From positions 233,624 through 297,623 of the IMG/VR virus record IMGVR_UViG_3300027771_001853: 64,000 nt of DNA, one strand, 5' to 3'. A program made the position numbers and the translations under genes. Below the pieces are notes generated by a model that worked only from the letters and a program-made list of their open reading frames with translations, had not been told where the DNA came from and searched no databases. Numbering within the stretch: position 1 is the first letter of the stretch; every line of letters begins with the position of its first letter. Below are positions 46,139 through 53,555 of the stretch, piece after piece.

Positions 46139-46741
46139 CTAAGCACCAGCATTTTTAATTTTTCTACGTATATCACTATAGTATGGTTTCACACCTACTG
46201 GTCTTAAAGTTCCATCAGCTGATTCACCCAATCCACCTTTTAAACCTTTGGTTACCATTGTATTTAATTTATCCGTACCCGATTCTAATGCCCACGCATA
46301 TGTTGGGGTATGACCCTGACCATTGTGACATTCAATCTCACCACCACAACATTGTAACATACCGTTATCCATATAAGTGTCATTTAATAATGCCCATTGA
46401 CCTGGACCTTGTTCATCTTCACAGAATTGTATTCTTTCCGTTACTGGTGTATTAGCACCCGCCCCGAATAACGCTCCTTCATCCGATTTACGTTCAAAAA
46501 TTGGTTGTCCGTTTAATGTCTGACTTATTTTCATAAATGTTAAACCACTGACCAATAACCCCATTACCTGACTAGGTATGTTTAAAGCTGTGGATGTTGT
46601 TGCTGTAGAGTAGTCTACATTTTTTGCTATTGGTTCTGCCTGTAGTCCACCCGCCATTGATGGTGCTACACCACCTGGTATAACTGGTGATGTAAACATA
46701 CCATATGTGTGTGTTCCTCCCGGATTGTTAATATTTCCCAT
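46139..46741 (-). CDS. hypothetical Gly-rich protein
   Basis: 200 aa; upstream TATTTATA at 46755-46762. Confidence 0.7.
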   Translation of the reverse strand: MGNINNPGGTHTYGMFTSPVIPGGVAPSMAGGLQAEPIAKNVDYSTATTSTALNIPSQVMGLLVSGLTFMKISQTLNGQPIFERKSDEGALFGAGANTPVTERIQFCEDEQGPGQWALLNDTYMDNGMLQCCGGEIECHNGQGHTPTYAWALESGTDKLNTMVTKGLKGGLGESADGTLRPVGVKPYYSDIRRKIKNAGA

Positions 46742-46772
46742 AATTTTGTTTAATTATAAATATCTTTATTTT

Positions 46773-47186
46773 CTATTTATTCCCACCGACCTTAAAGCCT
46801 ATAGGTCCTTCTTCTTTGTCTGGTAAACCATCAAGAATATCAATCAATTCCTGTACTAGTGAATGTAGTTCACCACCTTCAGCTAACAGTTGGTACATTC
46901 TTTGTACTAACACATCGTCCTCGTATAGTGATTTTTTATTTACTTGGTCTTTTATATGTCCAGATACCACATCTATAAAAGAATCTATATCATCTTTTAA
47001 TTCACCACTATAACTTTTGGTGAACCCCATAGCTTCTTCCACGTCTTCTTTTTTTTCTGATTCTGGTTTACATGCCTTACTTTTACCACACCAGTACATC
47101 CCTTTAGGACACTTATTTTTCCCCCCTTCTGAGACAACTTTTTCTATAAGTTTTACTAATTCTGTTTCTGTTAATTTAAATTTCAT
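46773..47186 (-). CDS. KLTE-leader protein with small Cys motif
   Basis: MKFKLTETELVKLIEKVVSEG then KCPKGMYWCGKSKACKP; C-terminal PIGFK. Confidence 0.72.
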   Translation of the reverse strand: MKFKLTETELVKLIEKVVSEGGKNKCPKGMYWCGKSKACKPESEKKEDVEEAMGFTKSYSGELKDDIDSFIDVVSGHIKDQVNKKSLYEDDVLVQRMYQLLAEGGELHSLVQELIDILDGLPDKEEGPIGFKVGGNK

Positions 47187-47190
47187 ACTT

Positions 47191-47270
47191 TATAAATACT
47201 TTGTAACATATTATAAATATTTTCGTACACCATATTAGTAACCAATAAAAATTAATATCTTCGTAATATG
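47191..47270. repeat. copy B of the 80-bp bidirectional promoter cassette
   Basis: See 37380..37459; ends at the ATG of the first CAP gene. Confidence 0.92.
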
Positions 47271-47867
47271 AAAAAAATAACACTAACATTCATCCTAATC
47301 CTACTTTCAGTACTTGGGTTTTCCCAGTATAGTGACTTTGAGTTGGCGGTGGCTGATGGGGTGAACGAATATAGAAACTCACAGGGTTTGTCAGACTTAG
47401 AATTTTTACCTTCATTAAGTGACAAACTGGATTTCTTACTGGAGAGGGTTGTTGATGCTAATTCGTTGTGGGGACCTGATGGGGGACACTCTTCAAATTT
47501 TAAATATTCTGGTAAACTAATTTCTGAACAGATTAAAGAAAATACCGTACCCAATAAAGAAATAGAAACGTTATACAAAAGTATAAAATTTAAATATGAG
47601 TCAGTAAAAATGATACGAGGTGAAGGAGAGACAACGTTTAACTCTATTTCACATTTAGCTGGTGAAAATTTATTTCGTACAAATTATGATATGGACCCAA
47701 AAAGGTTTGTGGTTAACTGGATAAACTCACCAACACACGAACATATAATGACTTTAGATAAACATAGAGAAAACGTAGTCCCTATTGGTGTTGTTAATGT
47801 GATTTACGATGGTCAATGGTGTTACGTTACATTCATAATAATATTATTAGAAAAAGAAGACCTTTAA
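47268..47867 (+). CDS. secreted CAP (SCP) domain protein
   Basis: Signal peptide MKKITLTFILILLSVLGFSQ; VNEYRNSQGL, HS, AGENL, WINSPTH. Confidence 0.8.
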   Translation: MKKITLTFILILLSVLGFSQYSDFELAVADGVNEYRNSQGLSDLEFLPSLSDKLDFLLERVVDANSLWGPDGGHSSNFKYSGKLISEQIKENTVPNKEIETLYKSIKFKYESVKMIRGEGETTFNSISHLAGENLFRTNYDMDPKRFVVNWINSPTHEHIMTLDKHRENVVPIGVVNVIYDGQWCYVTFIIILLEKEDL

Positions 47868-47902
47868 AGAAACAAAACACAACCTACAACGTATACTATA
47901 AT

Positions 47903-48382
47903 ATGAAGAAACTAATCACATTATTATCCCTAATCTTAACACTAAACTCTTACGGTCAAACCGTTTTAGATTCACTTGTTTTTAAAAGACTTAACGAGTA
48001 CCGTATAGAGAACGGTAAAGTAGCCTTAACTTTAGATACCTTAGTATATAAAGCGGCTTACCACCATTCTAAATACTTACACGACAATGGTTGGGATTGG
48101 GGGCACAGAGAAGATTCTTTGGTTAAACCTTGGGATAGATTAAAAGCACAGGGATTATTTTTTTGGTCGGCTGGTGAGAACATAGCTACGTTTACCGTAA
48201 ATTTAGTTTCACAAGATGGGTGGGTGGATATGGAAGCTTTATCAACACAAGTTTTAACTCAGTGGATTGGTTCACCTTCACATCATTGGTTAATGTTAAA
48301 CGAAAAGATTAACCAGGGAGCTATAGCTGTATACATTGGTTCTGGAAAGGTATTTGTAACACTAAACGCGATAAAGCAATAA
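47903..48382 (+). CDS. secreted CAP (SCP) domain protein, second copy
   Basis: Signal MKKLITLLSLILTLNSYGQ; LNEYRIENG, AAYHHSKYL, GHRE, AGENIA, WIGSPSH. Confidence 0.85.
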   Translation: MKKLITLLSLILTLNSYGQTVLDSLVFKRLNEYRIENGKVALTLDTLVYKAAYHHSKYLHDNGWDWGHREDSLVKPWDRLKAQGLFFWSAGENIATFTVNLVSQDGWVDMEALSTQVLTQWIGSPSHHWLMLNEKINQGAIAVYIGSGKVFVTLNAIKQ

Positions 48383-48389
48383 AAAACTC

Positions 48390-49661
48390 CTAAGTGGTAG
48401 CGACTGGTTCACAAGGATTAAACGGTCCAAATAATGCACACTTTTGTTTATAACTTCTACATCCCTTGTAACTTTTTACCTTACTAGCTTCTGCATCTAA
48501 TAAGGTTTCCCCTTTACCGTTTACCATAGTTATAAAAGGTACTTCAGAATGTGGGTCCGAGGATAATCCTTTAATTTGTAATGTTAATTCACCTGGTTCC
48601 CACTTCGACCCTTCACCAGTGTTAGCCACTATTTTTTGTAGTTGTTCTTGTGTTACAGCAAATGTACCCTTTCTACTTAAACCATCTTCAAGATTATTTA
48701 AGTTTACTTTACCTACTGGTACGTCATTTAGGAAAAATGCAAATTTTGCTCTATCACATTTATGATACGCTGTACTCGCACGACCATTATTAAAACTAGA
48801 CACAGCTTGTTTTACGTGATAACCACTTAGTGGTCGTCCTTTTGCTAACGCAGCCGTTACATAATAACCACACGTTATTTGGAGATTATTTGTACATTCT
48901 TCAAAGTCACCAAATTCAGATTTTTCAGATGTATAAGCAAAATCTAACGTAGTATCAACAAACTGTCCTGGGTTTTTGAAGCTCTTACTACAGTTTGGGT
49001 CTCTTTTACATTTTTCATCCGTTAAACCACCGGTACTAACTATACTAGAGGTTACTGTTTCTTTTATTGCTGGGAATATTTTTACACCTTTTGCTATTAA
49101 GGCCGTTTTAAGTGCAGCTAAAAATTTTGTACTTCTTCTTTGAGCTAGAGCTTTATTAGCTTTCCAGTTATCTGTCGTGTTATCACTTAAAGAACCATAA
49201 CCGTCAGGGAATACGTTAGGATTAGTGTAGTAATTTAAATTAGGATTACTCTTGTAGTCATTATCCACTTCAGGTTGTAAAGGTGTTTTATACCAGTTAC
49301 TAGCACCACTTCTAATATTTGCTGTAGCTAGTTGGAGTTCCCCTTTTTCTAGTGCTAATTTCATATCAGCGTCGGAATCAATAGTTGCTACAATACCATC
49401 AACAAACTGTTTTAAGAATTTACTTGGGTCGTCCTTGTTAACCGCGTACATACCTATTTCGTTATAATTTTTTTTAAGGTTCTTAGTTTTCATACCCATA
49501 AAGACCTTTCCATCAACAACATCACCAATCTCTAAACCTTCACTATCTTGTTCCGTAATCAAACTAGGGTTACATAATTTAGTCCCCCAACCAGATATGT
49601 TTTTAGACTGTCTTTTTCTTATATGAGCTTTCTCAGCTTCTGTTAATTTTAATCTTGGCAT
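48390..49661 (-). CDS. KLTE-leader protein with large unknown cargo
   Basis: MPRLKLTEAEKAHIRK...LITEQ; ALAQRRS segment faintly OmpA-C-like; upstream TATTTATA. Confidence 0.72.
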   Translation of the reverse strand: MPRLKLTEAEKAHIRKRQSKNISGWGTKLCNPSLITEQDSEGLEIGDVVDGKVFMGMKTKNLKKNYNEIGMYAVNKDDPSKFLKQFVDGIVATIDSDADMKLALEKGELQLATANIRSGASNWYKTPLQPEVDNDYKSNPNLNYYTNPNVFPDGYGSLSDNTTDNWKANKALAQRRSTKFLAALKTALIAKGVKIFPAIKETVTSSIVSTGGLTDEKCKRDPNCSKSFKNPGQFVDTTLDFAYTSEKSEFGDFEECTNNLQITCGYYVTAALAKGRPLSGYHVKQAVSSFNNGRASTAYHKCDRAKFAFFLNDVPVGKVNLNNLEDGLSRKGTFAVTQEQLQKIVANTGEGSKWEPGELTLQIKGLSSDPHSEVPFITMVNGKGETLLDAEASKVKSYKGCRSYKQKCALFGPFNPCEPVATT

Positions 49662-49754
49662 AATAATTTCTATTTTATTATAAATACCACGAAATAAATT
49701 AAAACCTAGGGTATTGTTATGGTCATTTTTTTTTAATATACTTTAAATAAAGTA

Positions 49755-49979
49755 ATGAGTAAAAAAAGAACATTAAACGAGTTAAGACAGGTAAAAACAT
49801 TCGGATATCGACCACCTAACAGTAATCAGGACAGTAATGAGTGTAAACCACTTACTGAAATAGAAAAAATGGTTAAAAACACACCTAACGACATGGAACT
49901 TGGTGCAAAAATTAGATATTATATGAAATGTAATGAAACTGGGGTAGAATTTATCTGGGACGATTTTTTTTCTGCTTAA
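49755..49979 (+). CDS. hypothetical protein
   Basis: 74 aa; TPNDMELGAKIR. Confidence 0.6.
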   Translation: MSKKRTLNELRQVKTFGYRPPNSNQDSNECKPLTEIEKMVKNTPNDMELGAKIRYYMKCNETGVEFIWDDFFSA

Positions 49980-50054
49980 TATAGCAGCTTAAAGCTCTTA
50001 AAGCTTTAAAGCAAATAAGCAAATAAGCTGCATATAGCATATATGCATTAAAGC
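49972..50054. repeat. dense intergenic array of short direct and inverted repeats
   Basis: TTAAAGC x4, AAATAAGC x2 tandem, inverted repeats CTGCT-N6-AGCAG, GCTTTAAAGC, TGCATATA-N3-TATATGCA. Confidence 0.85.
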
Positions 50055-50112
50055 AGGAAAAATCTCTCTTTTACGGAAGTTTTTTTGAACATTTTAAATA
50101 AAAAATTAAACA

Positions 50113-50820
50113 ATGAAAAAATACATTTATACTGGTGAGTATTTTCACCAAACAAACGAACATTATCCTAGTAATGATGTAAAGATTGGTCTTACTAAGG
50201 ATGTCTTACAGAGAGAACGTGAACTTACTGGGACCAACGGCCCAATTAAGTACGAAATGACCAGTGTGTGGGAAATTTCTATAGAAAATATAGAAAACCC
50301 CGCTTTTATTGTGGAAAGTATATGTCATTCTTTCTTTCACTTATTCAGATACGATGGGAATGAGTGGTTCAATACGGAATTATTGGGTAAATCAGCGTTT
50401 TACACGTGTTTAAGTCGGGGGTTAGCTTCTTTAAATAGAATTCCTGGTGTAAAGATAACTAAGGTTAATGACATAATAGATAGTGAGACGGATGAGACGG
50501 TAGAAAAGCGTAGGAGATTGATTACGAAACTAGGAAATTCCGAAGGTGACCCAAGAATCGTCGAGTTGTGTGAGAAGTTAGGTGAATCTGAGGTGGAATT
50601 AAGAAGATACTATAAGGGTAGTGAGGTTTCGGTAACTGTAACCGCGGATGGGAGGTATAAGTTCATGGGTATAGATTATAACACACATAATAAAATGTAT
50701 AATAATGGTATTGTTCTAGAACATAGGGGTGTTAAGGGTGGTAGTGGTAATAGTTCTCTTAAACCGTACACTATATATAAAACAGGTGATAAAGTTAGTG
50801 ATATAATAGAATTAAAATGA
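50113..50820 (+). CDS. T5orf172/GIY-YIG family protein
   Basis: KYIY...VKIGLTKDVLQRERELTGTNGP...VESICHSFF...GNEWFN. Confidence 0.8.
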   Translation: MKKYIYTGEYFHQTNEHYPSNDVKIGLTKDVLQRERELTGTNGPIKYEMTSVWEISIENIENPAFIVESICHSFFHLFRYDGNEWFNTELLGKSAFYTCLSRGLASLNRIPGVKITKVNDIIDSETDETVEKRRRLITKLGNSEGDPRIVELCEKLGESEVELRRYYKGSEVSVTVTADGRYKFMGIDYNTHNKMYNNGIVLEHRGVKGGSGNSSLKPYTIYKTGDKVSDIIELK

Positions 50821-51020
50821 CATACAACATATTAAAAATAATGACAGATGGTAAGGGTAAAACGTTAAATGTTCTTATGTTAGATGGTTTGGCTAGTATT
50901 CTTGAAATTGAGACTAAAACTAGGGCTGTAAAGTTCGCTAAGATGTTAAACGAGAATTCTGATAGTAATTGGACTTACGAAGTTAGGAGTGGGGGAAAAA
51001 CTATTCCTCTGACTGATTGA
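50817..51020 (+). CDS. hypothetical protein
   Basis: 67 aa, ATGA overlap with upstream gene. Confidence 0.6.
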   Translation: MTYNILKIMTDGKGKTLNVLMLDGLASILEIETKTRAVKFAKMLNENSDSNWTYEVRSGGKTIPLTD

Positions 51021-51369
51021 GTAGTTTAAGTATCCTAGTTATATCATCATCCTCCTCATCCTCTTCATGTTCTTCACCATCCATAATAGTTCCGTCTGGC
51101 ATTACATGGGTAGGTTCTTCCTCATAATCCACTTGTATATCCATTTCAGGTTTTTTAGTGATGTCCACCTCTGGAGGTAGTTCAGTGTGAACTTCCACAC
51201 CCACAAGTTCTCCGGGTTCTCTTTCCATCCCCAATTGGTCAAATTCAGCGTCGGCATTCCACGCTCTTTTCGAAATGTAACTTAACGGGTGGTTGTGTTG
51301 TCCTGACGAAGAGGCTGTAGTAGCTTCTTTAATCATCAAATCTTTTAGTATTTCGGTAATCTTAAACAT
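51001..51369 (-). CDS. acidic hypothetical protein with leader-like N-terminus
   Basis: MFKITEILKDLMIKEATTASSSG; HVMPDGTIMDG; C-terminal ITRILKLL; upstream TATTTAT. Confidence 0.68.
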   Translation of the reverse strand: MFKITEILKDLMIKEATTASSSGQHNHPLSYISKRAWNADAEFDQLGMEREPGELVGVEVHTELPPEVDITKKPEMDIQVDYEEEPTHVMPDGTIMDGEEHEEDEEDDDITRILKLLNQSEE

Positions 51370-51590
51370 ATACTAATAAATATAACCTTTCTTTGGTTTA
51401 TACGTATAAAGAGTTACTTGGCCTCTTATGTTTTTATTCTGATTTTAATTTTTTTGGTTTCAACACTAACTTCAGATACCTCGGCCTTAATAATTGTAGA
51501 TATAAAATGTTTTATTTCTTTTAATCCCATGAACTAATAATAACTAACAATCTACTTTCGTAAATGAAATTAATTCCTTATCTTTGTACT

Positions 51591-51971
51591 ATGAACAACT
51601 ACTCAAAAACAAACCTAAACTATAACAATGGTAACACCATTAAATTAATTAAATCTTTAGTTAAAAAAGGTGATATCCTAAATTGGCATCAACCTATTTC
51701 GGGTAATATATTTAAAGATAATAAGGGTAAATTCAAAATAACTTCAGTGAAGCTTAACTCCTGGGGTTCCATTTATGTTAATGTACGTCTAATAAAAGCT
51801 AGATACTTTAATGAGGATTTAATGACGGTACTGACTCGGTCAACAAGACATGAAAATCAGAAACAAAGAGAAGAGTTTAAATACCTTACTTTAAAAAAAC
51901 TAATACATAAACAATTAAAATTAGTAGGTTACGAACCACACACAATATTCATCAAAAAACTTTATATATAA
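51591..51971 (+). CDS. hypothetical protein
   Basis: Start reassigned to ATG 4 nt after TATCTTTG (51579-51586). Confidence 0.65.
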   Translation: MNNYSKTNLNYNNGNTIKLIKSLVKKGDILNWHQPISGNIFKDNKGKFKITSVKLNSWGSIYVNVRLIKARYFNEDLMTVLTRSTRHENQKQREEFKYLTLKKLIHKQLKLVGYEPHTIFIKKLYI

Positions 51972-51972
51972 T

Positions 51973-52131
51973 ATGAAAGAAATAGACCAAATGTTAGAAC
52001 AATGGATACCAGTAAATACCATTATTAGGAAACAACTAAGAGATTTAATAGTTAAAGAAATAGAAAAAGAAAGAACCAGGGAAAGGATAAAACTATTAAC
52101 CTGGGATAACCAATTAAAAAATAAAAGATGA
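51973..52131 (+). CDS. 52-aa hypothetical protein (not in ORF track)
   Basis: MKEIDQMLEQWIPVNTIIRKQLRDLIVKEIEKERTRERIKLLTWDNQLKNKR; stop overlaps ligase ATG. Confidence 0.55.
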   Translation: MKEIDQMLEQWIPVNTIIRKQLRDLIVKEIEKERTRERIKLLTWDNQLKNKR

Positions 52132-53432
52132 ATGAAAATTTAAAAAAAATACAAGGTATGGTGGACGAACTAAAATCCACCAACGCGACAAATGAAAAAA
52201 TTACAATCCTTAAAAAATATAAAGACGATGAATATCTTTGTGCTATACTAGAAACTGTATATTCCCCATTTAAACAATTCTATGTGACCAGTAAGACCTG
52301 TAAAAAAAATAAGAAATTAGTTAACGAACATTACCTTGGTAGTGTTGATATGTTGTTATATAATCTAAGTGGTAGGGTTTGGACCGGTCATGACGCAATC
52401 TCATACATTAATGGACTAGTCTCCAACTACCCAGAATATGAAGAACTAATATATTCACTTATAGATAAAAACTTAAAGACAAGAACGGGAGCGGACCTAA
52501 TAAACAAAGCAATACCAGGATGTGTCCCAACTTTTAAGGTAGCGTTAGCTAACTCTTATGATAAACAAAAGGGTAAGGTTAATTTTGACACACAAAAATG
52601 GTTTGCCTCACATAAGTTAGATGGGGTTAGATGTTTAGCTATAATAGATGAAAATGGAAATTGTAATTTCTTCTCAAGACAAGGTAAGACATTCGATACT
52701 TTAGATGTACTTAAAAATGAAATAGAGAGTTTAGATTTGTGTAATATGGTACTTGATGGTGAAGTGTGTATTGTCGATGAAAATGGAGCAGAAGACTTTC
52801 AAGGTATTATGAAAGAGATTAAAAGAAAAGACCACACAATCCAAAATCCTAAGTACAAAGTATTTGATTACTTAATGTCAGATGAGTTTGACAGCCAAAA
52901 AAGTAAACGTACATTGAGTGATAGGTTAGGTAAGTTTAACATGATATATAATACATTTGGAAAAGAGTTAAAATGTATTGACGTGTTAGGTCAGTGGGAA
53001 GTAGAGTCAGAAGACCACTTTCAGGAACTCGCAGAACTTGCAACAAAAAATAATTGGGAAGGTTTAATCTTACGTAAAGATTGTGAGTATAAAGGTAAAA
53101 GAAGTAATGACCTACTTAAGGTTAAAAAATTCTTTGACGAAGAATATGTGGTTACTGGTGTCGAGAACTCAATACATAGAATAATTGTAGATGGCTTAGA
53201 GGTGGAAGAAGAAATGCTTAGTAATGTAATTATTGAACATAGGGGTTGTGATGTTGGTGTCGGTTCTGGGTTTAGTCAAGAAGAAAGAAAACTGTACTTT
53301 AAAAGACCGGAACTTATTATTGGTAAAACAATAACTGTTCAATATTTTGAAGAGACTTTAAACCAGGATGGTTGTCATTCTTTACGATTTCCTGTGGTTA
53401 AACATGTGTTTGAAAATGGTAGAAATGTATAA
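52128..53432 (+). CDS. lig: ATP-dependent DNA ligase
   Basis: SHKLDGVRC (KxDG), LDGEVC, KVFDYL, WEGLILRK, LLKVK, VGSGF, SLRFP. Confidence 0.96.
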   Translation: MNENLKKIQGMVDELKSTNATNEKITILKKYKDDEYLCAILETVYSPFKQFYVTSKTCKKNKKLVNEHYLGSVDMLLYNLSGRVWTGHDAISYINGLVSNYPEYEELIYSLIDKNLKTRTGADLINKAIPGCVPTFKVALANSYDKQKGKVNFDTQKWFASHKLDGVRCLAIIDENGNCNFFSRQGKTFDTLDVLKNEIESLDLCNMVLDGEVCIVDENGAEDFQGIMKEIKRKDHTIQNPKYKVFDYLMSDEFDSQKSKRTLSDRLGKFNMIYNTFGKELKCIDVLGQWEVESEDHFQELAELATKNNWEGLILRKDCEYKGKRSNDLLKVKKFFDEEYVVTGVENSIHRIIVDGLEVEEEMLSNVIIEHRGCDVGVGSGFSQEERKLYFKRPELIIGKTITVQYFEETLNQDGCHSLRFPVVKHVFENGRNV

Positions 53433-53555
53433 TAAAATAAATTTAGATAAACAGAATCGTATGTTACGGTTTGGTTTTGGAAAACATAACGGAACCTGGT
53501 TCATAAGAATAGACCTTTGGTACTTCGGAATAAGGATATACAAAATATAATAAAT

